Shown: positions 48,343 through 61,898 of the stretch, in pieces
Position numbering within the stretch: position 1 is the first letter of the stretch
How the letters are laid out: the number at the start of each line of letters is the position of its first letter
NCBI RefSeq assembly: GCF_000315625.1
Contig: NW_005434563.1
Span: 155,387 to 219,386 of the forward strand
DNA: 64,000 nt
Reading direction: 5' to 3'
From: Guillardia theta CCMP2712
Taxonomy: Eukaryota; Protista; Cryptophyta
Program-made: the position numbers and the translations under genes
The notes under the pieces: model-generated
Seen by the model: only the letters and a program-made list of their open reading frames with translations
What the model was told of the DNA's origin: nothing
Databases searched by the model: none

Positions 48343-50274
48343 TGTTTCCTTCTCCCAACCTGATATTTTGAGCTTGCTGCTCCTCCCCTAGCGATCTCTC
48401 CGTCTCAGCAGTCGGTCCCGTGCGTTATAGCCCTTGCTCGTCTTGATCCGAGTCCTCCTTCATTCCTCTAGGCCCTTAGGCTGAGTCAGTCTTGCAGTGG
48501 TAGTCGGCCTCCTACCTCCGGTTCCCCCCCCTCCCTTCCTCACCCTCAGGCCTCCTTCAGCAAGGCTCTTGGGGGCTTCTGCCGCCTCCTGTCAAGTCAA
48601 GTTGACTCAATGTCGGTTACATCGCAAGGTGTGTCGGTTACTCTGTGATCCGGGCACTCAGTCAGCGCGCGGCGGTCACTGCCGCACTGAGTCAGCCGGG
48701 GGCGGCGGCCGCCGCTTGACAGCCGCCGGTCACTCCGCCGGCCGGGCCATTCACAAGCTCTGACTCGGGGACCGGGCTCAAAAATCGGCGGGGCCCGACG
48801 GCCGATGGGAGCCTCCGGGAGTCGCTGCGAAACTTACTAGCCTGTGAGCCCGGAGCCTCAGTCCGATCACCGTCACGGACTGCCCGGAATCCGACCCGCC
48901 GAAAGACCGCGCGATGCACGGTGCGCCCCCCCGCCCGGAGAGCAAAATGTCATGATGATCATGGTCACTCGAGTCACAAGCCTGAAGGCTCATGATCGGC
49001 ACCGCGCCGGCGGCAAGGCGGTTCCCGACTCTCTTTCGCGGCTCACTGAGTCAGGACGGGGGCCCCGCCGGCCAAGCCGGGCACGCCCGGCCGCGGGCCA
49101 CCTGAGGCTTTGCGCCAGCCTCCGCCGTGCGGGGATCCCCACTACTACCGGCAACCCTCGAGTTCGCGGTGGTTTAGGCTCAAGGCTGGTCGAGATAGAC
49201 TGAGGGTGGTTGGAATGGCGTTCATTCTTCAATACTTAGACATGTACATGTTACCCTGGCTCTCTCTACTCTACACCCTCAGCACGACGACACTCTCTCC
49301 GACTCGCTCGGCATCGCGGCCTTGGCTTGCTCTTCTCCGGGGCTCTCGATCCTCGCGGTCGCGGAAGGAGCAGGCGGGCTCAGCTGGATCAGCTCTCCCG
49401 TGCCGGGCGCCCACCAGGGACTTGCCTGACTGGATGAGGCGGATGGAGGCCTGCAGGGCGGCGAGCTGCTTGGCGCGGGAGGGGAGGCAGCAGGTACAAG
49501 TCATGGCGACGAGGTGAGGGAGAAAGCAAAGATCAAGGAGGAGATGGAAGGATGGGTACAGGGCGGGTACAGGACAAGAGTCGAAGCGAGCCTGAAAGAG
49601 AGGGAGGGAGGGAGGAGACAGGAGGCAAGCCAACGGTGGGGGAGGCTCTTTTGCAGTGGGATGGGAGGACGAAGCAGTGGGTGGGAGGGGAGGCGCTGGA
49701 GGAGGAACAGGCCGGGGAAGCTTCAAATAGACATGGCCAGGGATGCTGACGGGAGAAGGAGCATGGGATCACTGGGAGGGCTCGGAGATAGAGCCCGAGG
49801 CTGACGGATGGAGCATGGGACCACATCGCATGCTCGGAGAGCAAGTCCGACGAGCCGGATCTGGAGGTTCGGAGGCCTCGAGAAGCTTCGATTCTCGTCT
49901 CGAAGGCGCTGGTGGTAAGAGGACCTAACCTCAAGATCCATGCACTCCGGGCCGGATCTGAGGACGGGTAGGGTGGTCTACTCCGAGGGGAAGCACCCGG
50001 GTACTCCTTAGACAAAAGTACCGGTGGCACGACCGGCCACAGCCTCTTGTCTCCCTGCTCACATACACCACAGGAGATCACGATACCCCCCTGGCCTCCT
50101 TTTCCCCGCCACTCATTTATTAAAAGGTCTTGCCTTGTCTGGGTGCTTCATCAAGCTCCGCGCTCCCTCACTGCTTGCCCAGCCCTTGAGCCTCTGTCCT
50201 CGCCGTCGCTGCTGCTTGAGACCTTGAAAGCTTCCTCCTCCTTCCTGCTCCTTCCTTCTCCTCCCCCCTCCGTC

Positions 50275-50652
50275 ATGACCTCTCTCTTGTACGCCTCTCC
50301 GGACTGGCAAGCTGCCTCTGCCCAGCCCGCCGATCTCTTGCTCATGCCCGGGGGGTCCAGCGCATCTCTGGCTATGGGGACCTGCCGTCATGCTGTCTGC
50401 CTCAGCCTCAGCCATCTCGGGCATCTCGGCTTTGTGATGCTGGTGCTGGCAGCAGCGCTGGTGCAGTTTATCCTCTCTGACGACGACTTCAAGGACGGGA
50501 CGAGCCCGGAGGCGGACCCTCCCAGGCCTGCAGCGGTCGACATGCCGCCGAGCAGCTACTTGAGCGGAGGCTTCGACCGACGGAAGATGCTGCAGCCGAG
50601 CTTCGGGCAGACGTTCAAGGCGAAGCGAGTGGGAGCATGTCAGGAGGAGTAG
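50275..50652 (+). CDS. Small hypothetical protein in duplicate unit 1
   Basis: MTSLLYASPDW...DDDFKDGTSPE...KAKRVGACQEE*, with TTTATTAAAA upstream and AATAAA downstream. Confidence 0.45.
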   Translation: MTSLLYASPDWQAASAQPADLLLMPGGSSASLAMGTCRHAVCLSLSHLGHLGFVMLVLAAALVQFILSDDDFKDGTSPEADPPRPAAVDMPPSSYLSGGFDRRKMLQPSFGQTFKAKRVGACQEE

Positions 50653-52075
50653 GGGGAGCACGGGTATTTGTAAGCTAGGAAGAAGATGTCTATGTAGAAT
50701 AAAGCAATGTCACTAAGCAACGCCCGTGCTCGGTCAAGATGACATAGCTTTGTGACTGATCGCAGCGTCTCTACTCAGGTGGCTCTCGTCCTCTGGCCCC
50801 CCCACCTGCCAAGGCTCCAGCTCGGACAAGCGGGCTGACTTGTAGTCTCAGAGGCTTGCGGGGCGGCCTCGAGACCGGCTGGGCGGCACCGCCCCCGGCT
50901 GCGATATAGCCCTCGGTCATGGACGCGGCCATCGGCTTGCTCCTCGCTCAGCAGACGATCGCTCAGCCCCGAAGTAGGCGGAGGCTCAAGGCTGGTCGAG
51001 ATAGACTGAGGGTGGTTGGAATGGCGTTCATTCTTCAATACTTAGACATGTACATGTTACCCTGGCTCTCTCTACTCTACACCCTCAGCACGACGACACT
51101 CTCTCCGACTCGCTCGGCATCGCGGCCTTGGCTTGCTCTTCTCCGGGGCTCTCGATCCTCGCGGTCGCGGAAGGAGCAGGCGGTCTCAGCTGGATCAGCT
51201 CTCCCGTGGCGCCCACCACGGCCCTGCCTGACTGGATGAGGCGGATGGAGGCCTGCAGGGCGGCGAGCTGCTTGGCGCGGGAGGGGAGGCAGCAGGTACA
51301 AGTCATGGCGACGAGGTGAGGGAGAAAGCAAAGATCAAGGAGGAGATGGAAGGATGGGTACAGGGCGGGTACAGGACAAGAGTCGAAGGAGCCTGAAAGA
51401 GAGGGAGGGAGGGAGGAGACAGGAGGCAAGCCAACGGTGGGGGAGGCTCTTTTGCAGTGGGATGGGAGGACGAAGCAGTGGGTGGGAGGGGAGGCGCTGG
51501 AGGAGGAACAGGCCGGGGAAGCTTCAAATAGACATGGCCAGGGATGCTGACGGGAGAAGGAGCATGGGATCACTGGGAGGGCTCGGAGATAGAGCCCGAG
51601 GCTGACGGATGGAGCATGGGACCACATCGCATGCTCGGAGAGCAAGTCCGACGAGCCGGATCTGGAGGTTCGGAGGCCTCGAGAAGCTTCGATTCTCGTC
51701 TCGAAGGCGCTGGTGGTAAGAGGACCTAACCTCAAGATCCATGCACTCCGGGCCGGATCTGAGGACGGGTAGGGTGGTCTACTCCGAGGGGAAGCACCCG
51801 GGTACTCCTGAGACAAAAGTACCGGTGGCACGACCGGCCACAGCCTCTTGTCTCCCTGCTCACATACACCACAGGAGATCACGATACCCCCCTGGCCTCC
51901 TTTTCCCCGCCACTCATTTATTAAAAGGTCTTGCCTTGTCTGGGTGCTTCATCAAGCTCCGCGCTCCCTCACTGCTTGCCCAGCCCTTGAGCCTCTGTCC
52001 TCGCCGTCGCTGCTGCTTGAGACCTTGAAAGCTTCCTCCTCCTTCCTGCTCCTTCCTTCTCCTCCCCCCTCCGTC

Positions 52076-52453
52076 ATGACCTCTCTCTTGTACGCCTCTC
52101 CGGACTGGCAAGCTGCCTCTGCCCAGCCCGCCGATCTCTTGCTCATGCCCGGGGGGTCCAGCGCATCTCTGGCTATGGGGACCTGCCGTCATGCTGTCTG
52201 CCTCAGCCTCAGCCATCTCGGGCATCTCGGCTTTGTGATGCTGGTGCTGGCGGCAGCGCTGGTGCAGTTTATCCTCTCTGACGACGACTTCAAGGACGGG
52301 ACGAGCCCGGAGGCGGACCCTCCCAGGCCTGCAGCGGTCGACATGCCGCCGAGCAGCTACTTGAGCGGAGGCTTCGACCGACGGAGGATGCTGCAGCCGA
52401 GCTTCGGGCAGACGTTCAAGGCGAAGCGAGTGGGAGCATGTCAGGAGGAGTAG
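52076..52453 (+). CDS. Small hypothetical protein in duplicate unit 2
   Basis: Same as 50275-50652 apart from one K/R change. Confidence 0.45.
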   Translation: MTSLLYASPDWQAASAQPADLLLMPGGSSASLAMGTCRHAVCLSLSHLGHLGFVMLVLAAALVQFILSDDDFKDGTSPEADPPRPAAVDMPPSSYLSGGFDRRRMLQPSFGQTFKAKRVGACQEE

Positions 52454-53399
52454 GGGGAGCACGGGTATTTGTAAGCTAGGAAGAAGATGTCTATGTAGAA
52501 TAAAGCAAAGTCTATTTGTATTGTTTATCTTTGGCTGTCTTTGAAGATGACTTAGCTTTGTCACTTGTTTTTGTTGTGTTTTTTTTTTTATCTACAATTT
52601 GTGTTTGTTGTTTTTTCTTCTTTGCCTCAATTTTTTTCACAATTGGACGTTTTCTTTTTTGATGTTTGATGTTACTACCACATCTGAGAGAAGGAGCAAA
52701 TGTGCATCATTGGTTATTCAAAAAAGCAGCAGATGTTTGTTGGGTGATCAAGAACTTCTTCATATTGGCTTATTCTAGGGATGTACCTAAACCCGGTTGC
52801 CTTTCTTACTCCTCAGTGAATATGTCTTGCAAGCCTCTTTTCATCTATCTGTCGCTGATCGTGTGAGTTAACATCAGTGCCATCATTTCCTCTTAATGTT
52901 GTCACTTCGAATCGAACGATTCTCTTGTTTTTACGTTACACATGATACATTAGAAGACCTGACCTTTCCGCTACTTTACATCCTCTTCAATCGTCTTTCA
53001 TCTCCGCGGGCGTGTAGACGAAGCTATGGAGTGAAGCCAGTGAGAAAGAACATCACAATTGAGACGAAAGGGGCAAAGGCAAATGAGGCACGCGAGTTGG
53101 AAAAGCAGAGGAGAGTCAAGAGAGGAGCGACGGAAACAACGAACAAGGTAAACAACCAAGAAGGTGAACAACCAACAAGGTGATGACGTGGAGGGCAACA
53201 ACAAGGAAGAAGAACAAGGACAGATTGGGAGATGAAGGATAGGGTGGAGACCAAGAGAGAGAAGGAGGAAAGAGGAAAATATGGGAGAAATTACCGGATA
53301 TTCACTTGGGTAATCTGCTCCTTGCCGTTCTTTACGAAATCATTGCCGTCAGGAGTTCGCAGAGAGTACGCTCCTGCCATGCAACGGCGAGATTACACG

Positions 53400-55952
53400 A
53401 GATCAGAGGGCAGGGCAGGATAGCGGCAAGGAGGATGAGGTGGGTATGGGACAGAGGAGAGGAGAGAACAGGAGAGTGCATTGGAGTGGCAGACGAAAAG
53501 ACGACAGGGTCGCACCATCAAGGCTTGACTTGGGCACAAGATCGGAAAGCTGGGGAGGCGGGCTCAGTCGTTTTCCCTTGGTGCGGATGCTCGGGATCTT
53601 CGAGACTTCTTGAGGCGGCTGGCTGTCACTGACGGAGGAGGGATCGGGAGACAATGCGAGCTTAGTCGACTGCCTGGCGAGCATGGCCGCAGTGACGACA
53701 GTCCTGTAGAACGAGATGCAAGCAGAAGAGAAATGAAAGAGGTACAAAACGAGAGCAAGGAGCGGAGGAAGATGAGAAGAAGAGGAGGAGAGGGAGGAAG
53801 AGAGAGAGGGAGGAAGAGGAATTGGAGGAGGAGGAGGAGGAAGCGATTAGACATCACAACTTAAAGAGAGAGCATCGCGTACGGGGTCGGCTCGTCAGAC
53901 TTGCGGATAAGGGGAGTGAGGTCGCAGAAGGCACTTCCAATATGATCGTCGTCGTCGAATCTGTCCCAGTCCCACACCTGGAGGAGGATGAAAAACAAGG
54001 AGAGGAAGGGAGGGTGAGAGGGAGGGAGGGAGGAGGCAAAGGGGTGGGGGTTGGGGCAGAGAGGAGAAACTCACTTGAATTTCCATCGGAAGAACTTCAA
54101 GGTCAGGAGGAACACAGATGCGAAACATCTGAAGACAAAGCAGGTTACTTCAACCATGCTCAAACTGCATTGCTCTCCCTATCCCCTCGCCTCCTTGTTT
54201 TTCCTCGTCCTCCATGTTTGTTCCTCCAGATATCCTCTCTGACCCTCAAGTCCCCTCCCACCCTCCCATCCTCTCTATCCTCCATCTGGCTCCCCTCGTT
54301 CGCCTCTATTTTTGCTCACCTGATCGAAGTGAGGATCCAACGAGTTCCTGACCACTCTGCTCTTAAACCTGGCACCTCGTCAACTCGATCCTCCACCTCA
54401 TCCTCGTTCTCTTCCCTCCTCTTCTCGTTCTCCTCCCCCCTTCCCTGTCCTGCTCCTTCTTCTTTTACTTACTTGTGGGTCTCCCCGATGAGCAGCACGC
54501 AGTAGGCATCACAGGTTCCGAGCCCCGCATCCATCTTGGGCAGGACTGGGACAAGTTAAGGGGGAGCAAGAGAGGGGGGGAGAGAGCTACAGGAAGCGCT
54601 GTCGAGATAAACCTCCAGGTAGTTGATCGAGAGATCGTAGAGCTGAAGACCAACATCACTTGCAAGAGACGAAACGGGAGGAGAGAGAGAGAACGAAGGA
54701 AGGAGGGGTAGGGAAGAGAGGAAGGTGCGGGGCCGAAAGGGAATCAGCAGAGAATGACAATCCACAGAAAAAGAGGTGGAGGAGTCGGGAAGAACCTTGA
54801 AGCAGACGGAGATGGTAGACATGACCCCAGCTTGAACTCCAATGACACTCATGCCTGTCAGCAGGTCTGACGGTCAGCGAGGCAGCAAGACGCGGAAGCT
54901 TGACCGTCATCGCCGGAGAGAAGAAAATCAGAGTCAAGCACATGCCGTCCAAGGGATTTCTCGGTGCCTTTTGACAATTTGAGAAAAGGCTAAAGAGAAG
55001 TAGGGAGAAAAGCGTCGGACGAGGAGAGGAGGAGTCGGAGGAAAGAGAGGGGAGGGACGACGAGCACGAGCACGAGGAGGAGGAGGAGGAGGAGAAGGAA
55101 GGATCAGCTTGCTCCAATGCTGACCTTCAAAGTTGAGTCCTACTTTGTCTCCATCCTTCTTTGACGCAACCTGGCAGCCTTGTCAACGTCTATCTCACTT
55201 GCTCGTGTCCTGACCAGGTCGTAGGCTCGTGCAGCCTCCTCGGCGGTTTCGAAGAGGTCGACCTCGTCCCCTGCTCGCAGTTACCTTCTCCTCTTCCTCC
55301 TCTTCCGCTGACCTTCTTTGTTGAGTCCGCGGCAGATGGTGTAGATACATCCCCTCTGAGCCTGCAGCAGACGAGTCAGGCGGCAGAGAAGAACATGTCA
55401 AATCATAGCAGGGGTACAGCATATGACAAGGAGGAAGGAGGGAGGAGGGGGGGGGGGGGATGAGCATAATGAAGGGAAGGTGGTAGCACGGAGGAACGCA
55501 CGTTAGCCGGGCGATGATAGGCCTGCCACATGCACTCCCCGGTGTCAAGGACGTTCTTTGACACGCCTGCGCTCAAATCACCTTTGCTCTCTCCCTCCCT
55601 TCCTCCGACCTTTCCAGTTGAGAATCTCTCCGATGGATACGCAGAGAGTTCCTGTCGGCCTGTCAACCTTGACTGGATGACAAGAAAGACAGAACCGATT
55701 GACATGTCGTCCGCATGCTTCGCGTCGACAGTCTTGGAGTGCATGACGCGGATGACGCAGACCTGACGTTCTGTTGAGCTTCAGATGTTCACTCTATCCA
55801 TCTTTACCTGCCAGACGTTCTTGATCGCTGCACTGAACATACAATTCCACACGGGGTTCCAGCTCTTCTTCATCACCTGCCCTCTTTTGAGTGGATTCGG
55901 GCACTTTCTCACCCATGCTCCTCCTCCTCCTCCTCCTCCTCCTCATCATCAT

Positions 55953-55993
<41 letters not shown>

Positions 55994-58277
55994 GCATGTT
56001 CTTCTTTCTCCTCCTTCCTCTCTCATCCATCAGACCTCTGTGCGGATAGTCTGGCGGTTCACGTGCATCACGCAGTAGCCCTGCCATCGTTCGCTCACTT
56101 CTTGCCGCAGCACGAGACTCTAAAACTTGCCTGCGGCATCCCAGGACATTCGCCTTGTGTCCCCGCGTTCCAGATCACCTTGGGAGGGCTTAAAATGTCG
56201 TTGGAGCTGAAAATGACTCCTACCTGCGGCAAGTTTCGTGCGCCTCGGATGGTGACTTCAAGCCTGTACTGGCAGAGGGCGGGAGCGAAGCTCGGGAGGC
56301 GCGAAATGCCGATAGACGGAGCCTCCTGTGCCCCCGAGATGAGCGAGCGAGACGAAGGGACGAGCAAGAGGATGAGGTCTTGGAAGATGTTGTAGTGAAT
56401 CAGCGAGGGAAAGGCGGTGTTCACCTCATTGGTAGTGTCGGCTGGATCTGTGCTGGGGTCGGAATCCTGGTGACTTTAAGTCATCAAAAGAGTCGGTTGC
56501 ATGCGATCACCTCCGAAAGCTTCTCGAATGGCTTTTGAAACCTACAAGAGCAAGTCAGCTTTTGCATTTCACATCTCTTATGCCCTCCATTGCGCCCTCC
56601 AATGTCTTTCCCTTCCTTTCACCCTCCCTCCTCTCTCGTTGCATTTTACTTGTTCATCGACTGTCGCAGGTTGCGGAGACAACACTTCTTCAAGTCCAGC
56701 AAAGCCTGTAGTGACAATCAGAACGGGAGACAAGACAAGAAAAGACAAGACAAGAAAAGACAAGATTGAGGTACCTCCACGACGTAGTCGGAACGTTCGC
56801 CGCTGTAGTTCCAGCGCAAGTCCAACTCTGTGAGAGTTTTGTTTTCATCCATAGCGTCTGCGAGCGCACAAATCCCTTCATGGTTTGGATCAGTCGCTCA
56901 CGAAGAGTGGGGGCTGAAGCATGGCAAGAGAGAGCAACCTGTTCCCCGTATGCCGTTCGATCGGAGGTCCATAAGCAGAAGAGTTGTGTTTGATTTCAGA
57001 ACCTGAAAAAAGTATATTTGAGTTCAACTAGACCGACCGTTCCTCGCTGACCTCCGCCATGCTTGTAGCTCCAACGGACGTGAGCTGGTTGTTTTTCATC
57101 CTCAGCTCTACGGACGCCGTTAGACTTTCGCGACCGTATCATGCCCGTTCACCTTGCACTGATACATTCTGCGACAGGCCGATAGCAAGAACTCGCGCCT
57201 CCGATGACTTAATCTGCAACTCAAGAATGAATTTGATATTCCTTGACGTTGATCATCCTATGCCTGAGTGTTGGAAAGGTCCAAGACTATCAGAGCTTTG
57301 ATGTAACTCAACATTTGAGCAATCATGAAGAACCTGTACGGGATGCGTAAATCGAGGATCATTCAGTATTGATGACGCTTACCCTCCGATGCTCACTTCA
57401 GGGTTGATGTTCATACGGATACCATGGATATGCTTTCCTTGAGCTGTTTGTAAGGTTGGCAGCCTGGCGAGAAGTAAGAAGCAAGAAGAAAAAACAAGAA
57501 GGTCTTGTTCCGACCAACTGTCCTCCGTAGAGCAATGACAAGCATGATTGGGATCCTGTTCAATCATCATGCTAAATAGCACAGATTGCCACATTGCAAT
57601 TACCTCAAGCCTAAGAAACTCGTCACAAACTTTCCTGATTTTGATGTTGTCTAAGGTATGCGATTTAAACTATAGAAGAGCGTCGTCAGAAAACAATACA
57701 GTGAAGACAATCACAGCGTACTGCTCGAATTTCTAGTTTTGGCTTCTTTGGAGGCAAATTGGAGAAGGCTTCAATGACATCGTTGGCCTTTGCAGACTCG
57801 TCAATCTTTCGTCTCAAACCTCACGAGCTCTTTTGAGCATACCTCGGGTGAATCTCTCGCACTGCCTAACATAGCAGCGAAGTTGATTAGAAATCTCGCG
57901 TATTCGTGTTGCAGTTTTGCAAACAGAGAGGTCTTGGTGGGTTCTTCCGGTTTTGGGCTTCCACTTGAGGAGATGGTTGAGAAACTTGACATCACTGAGT
58001 CTACCCCGTTGCTGCCGAACGAGGGATGTTTTCCGTTGTCGTTGTCCGTCACGTCTGAGAGCCTCTTGTGTCGGAGAGGCGCGATCACCTCGTCTTCTTC
58101 AAGTTCGTCATCTTGGTTGTTGGTGTCATGAGGTTCTTCCTGGTTGTTGACATGCGTCTCGTTCTCATCGGTGTTGTTCTCATCATGGTTGTTGTCATGC
58201 TCATCATGGTTGTTGGCTCTTTCTCCTTCAGCCTCAGCTAGTATCACGGGCGCCGAGGTCGATGCTCCGCAGCCCAT
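53400..58277 (-). CDS. N-acylated C2-domain protein, multi-exon; 3' end approximate
   Basis: Starts MGCGAS. C2 exons: YRLEVTIRGARNLP (~56270), LPKMDAGLGTCDAYCVLLIG (~54540), SRVVRNSLDPHFDQ (~54350), VWDWDRFDDDDHIG (~53975). Confidence 0.8.
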
Positions 58278-61200
58278 TGAAGTTCAAAGTTCGTAAACCT
58301 GAAACGATTTCCCCTTACCTTGCATGAAAGTGAGCTTGTGAGGGACAGCCTTATGATTTCATGTAGGTATATGCCTTATGCCCAATCTGCAATCTTGAAC
58401 CGAGAGACCGATGTCACCTGGAGTAAAATCAGAAACAGAGAGCCATCACAGAGCGTCACGAAGAAATGCATGAATCTGACTGCATCTCATGGAGACAATT
58501 ACTTGAAACCCCGCAAACATAAAAATCAATCACACTCGTGAGCCGCAGGTTCTGTCGACATTCATGACAAACAATCAAGTTACACTATACATCTTGCGTT
58601 TCGTCCTATCTATCTATAAGGATCGATAAATAAGTAGACTAAAGCTAAGTCATTTGCCAGTTGAAGGCTGAATATGTCACATATTGTTTTCGACAACAAG
58701 ATAAAGTGAAATCCACATACAACACCGCTCTGCCCCCGGTATGATCAAACGCAAACCTTGTTCTATCTCTGCATTCTTTCCCCAGCTGTTTCAGCTCAGC
58801 CCCCGGCTCTTGCGTTCCTGTTGTCTCTTTGTCTTTCTGATCTCATAGCGTTCGCTAAATCCATTCTCCTTTCCCTCTTCTCCTCCTCGTCCTCCTCCAT
58901 CTCTCTTCCGCCGTCTGGTTGCATGGACGTTGATTTCATGAGACCACCCCTACCCACAAGGACCCCAACATATCTCCACCCCTAGTTCAAGAAGTGAATG
59001 TGACCCCTACCATCCATGTCCCAACCGACTCAACTACCGTAGTACCCACCCCCTAGTCCAAGTCAAACTTCTAACCCGTATGGAAGTTCTTATTCAGGCC
59101 CTAGTATCGTTGTGTATCCCCTATCCCTTCTCCAATTAGCCTACCGGTCCGTATCATTGATCCTTCAAACAACCCCCCAAAATCATCTACCGGTTACCAC
59201 AACCACTACCAACCGTGAACCCATCGAGGGACTGTAAATTGGTGGGTACAGGGAATGCAAACCACCCCTAGTTAGCGGAATTGTCCAACCCTGGACCCCA
59301 CCCCCACCTCCTCTCTCAAGGGTGGAATGGAATCTTTTTTGATTCAGTCCAGGAAGCCACCCCCCACCCCTCCATAGATAGTGACTCCACCGCTCGACTG
59401 ACCCTACCCCCTTTGCCTCACTACAAAATAGTTTTTTTTAATCCTCCCCTCTTTCCTCGCATTTCACCCTTTGGACCACCCGTCCTCTCCTCATCTGCTG
59501 ACATTGACTAATGTATTTGATAGCACTAGCGGTTGCTTCAGGCGGGGCGACCACCCTACCCCTGAATACCTGGAAAGCATTTGGTACCAGTGGCCCCAGG
59601 ACCACCCCTCATCAGATCAACTTTACTGTTTTTGCTTTTTTTACTTATCTATGCGGGCCCGGTGAGCCGGAATCCGGCCCTCAGCCAATCTAGGGGGTAC
59701 CCCACCCCTCTATTGCAGGGCACTACAGTACCTCTCTATTAGAATGAAGAGGGGTAGTGGGGTACTCAAGTTGCCAGCCTTCTCAACTGCCGGGTCATTT
59801 TTTTTTAGGCTGCTGGTAGTGAGTCTTTACTCAAAGTTAAAATTAAGTTAAAATTAGTCTGGTTCACGTCCCCTCTGATTCTTCCGGATAGTCCCCCGGG
59901 TGGTTTCGACCGGGCCCGGATGATCTGGGCCGTTTGACTTTTTTTTTTCCTTCTGTCACATGCACCGAACACGCCCGATATGTTGACCCTGACAATGTTG
60001 ACAGTCGTATGAACTCGGAAGAGCGAAAGCAAGGAGACTTGAAAGGGGTCAGGATAAGAGGATAAGAGGATAAGAGAAGGAGAGGAGAGGAGAATGAGAT
60101 GGAGAGAGAAGAGAGAAGAAGACAAATAGGAAAGGCGGTATTGAAAGTAGTGGTATGAAACATGAAGAGAATGGGATGATCAGGAGAGTTCGCATAGAAA
60201 TAGTATGAAGAGGTGTTGGGCTGCGTGAGTGGGCGGAGAGAGAGGAATTGAGTAATGGTGTGGAAGTTGGTTAGAACGTAAAGGGTTGACAAGATCTGAC
60301 TGGATTGTAAGAGGGGAGAAGTAGAACAGAATGTTTAAAGTCGAAACTAATGCGTTCAGCAGATGAATGAGGACGACGACCGGGAGAATCATAAGCACTG
60401 AGGGATGTGTGTGTTGCTTGAGTCATGCTGGGCGGGATAATTTACACGACGGGATGGGAAAGGATTCACTGGGCAGTGCTGGCTGCTTGAGGTGAGGGCA
60501 GAAGTCACATGGCAAACGATGGGGAGGGTTTGGCGCGAGGCATTAACCTCCTCTCAAAGATCACGTCCATGCGAGAAGCAGTGCACTACATCAACGTTTG
60601 CCATCCCCAAGGTAGGATGACGACAATCCAACATGACACAGCGCCCGGCTTATGCTGTCGTATCCTTTCATCATAATGCCGCTCGCTAGCGTTTACTTCA
60701 TTCCATGTTGCAATCTGACTGACAGCCTTTAGGTCTTATCAAAGACCAGACTCGCGCCTTCCCCCTTCATCCCCTGCAAAGCCCTCCCAACCTGCCTCAG
60801 CAGCCGTTCCGGTCTCCCAAACCGCGAATACCTCCTCTGCAGCTCCGGGCCAATGGCGCTTCCAAGGTGTCAAAGAGTCTGACGTCGAGAGAGCGAGTGC
60901 AGGAGGAAGAGGCGGAGGAATGGTTTTCCAACATGCGCGGGATTTCCTTGCCTCTGTCCTCTAGCAGGTTTTTTTCCTCCACACCAGGTTTGTGATCTCA
61001 TCAGTAGGAGAACTTTGAAACGAGTTGCAGAGCTCTCGCCTTGCAGCTCCCCGACTGACAGCGAGTGCATCACGCCCAACGGCAAGAACAGCTTGAAGTG
61101 CGACGTCAACTTCCTAGACTTCAACGATCTCAGGCATTCCAACAGCTCTGCAGCCATACAGGCGCGTGGCCAGCCGTGACGTGTGAAAGTTATGTTCCAC

Positions 61201-61665
61201 CGGACTGACACGTTTGATGCTGCACAGTTGAGTCACTGTCTGAACCAGAACTTCAGCAACGATATGATTTCACCCTGGGTATGCTTGCTACGAGTCTCTT
61301 GATGCTTATTTTGATATGGTTGCTGCAAGAAACATCACAATGCACATGATGCCACTTCATTCAAGCGTCGAAATCGCAGGCTCGGCTAATTTTTCATCTT
61401 CTTGCCTTGCTGCTCATACCAGCAGCAGCTTCTTTCCTTCACTATCTCCCAGCAGAATTCCTCAAACGCAAAGGTCGGGAAGTGAAGGTCGGAACTGAGC
61501 TGAGGTCTGACCAACGGTTGTGTCTTTATCTACCACGGCAGAACGTCAAAGCTGGCAGATCGCTCTCTGGCAGGCCAAGAAGTCAAAGAGAAGTAAAGCG
61601 GATGCTGACCTCATCTCTGTCTCTGAGATCATTCGCTGTCAAGATTCCTAGGCGACGGGGCCGTG

Positions 61666-61669
<4 letters not shown>

Positions 61670-61762
<93 letters not shown>
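61670..61762. repeat. (CAG)~30 trinucleotide repeat
   Basis: Uninterrupted CAG run. Confidence 0.98.
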
Positions 61763-61764
<2 letters not shown>

Positions 61765-61898
61765 GTCGGTTTCAGTCTTGGCAGCTTGAGGCACAGGCAA
61801 AGCCTCAGGCACAACCATACCGCTGAGGGTCAAGCGACGTCAAAGGTGCCTGGCTAGTCCCGTAACGGATCTAGAGGTCTGACACCCGTCGCTTCAGA

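Larger units (their letters stand above)
49176..52508 (+). repeat. Tandem segmental duplication: 49176-50707 is nearly identical to 50982-52508
   Basis: The same ORF set recurs about 1.8 kb apart (e.g. 50047-50652 and 51848-52453), with a few substitutions and small indels. Both copies end just after AATAAA. Confidence 0.95.

Noticed and set aside
61629-61857. PolyQ/polyA/polyC/polyL proteins
   Set aside because: The (CAG)n run opens all frames; which frame, if any, is coding cannot be determined.
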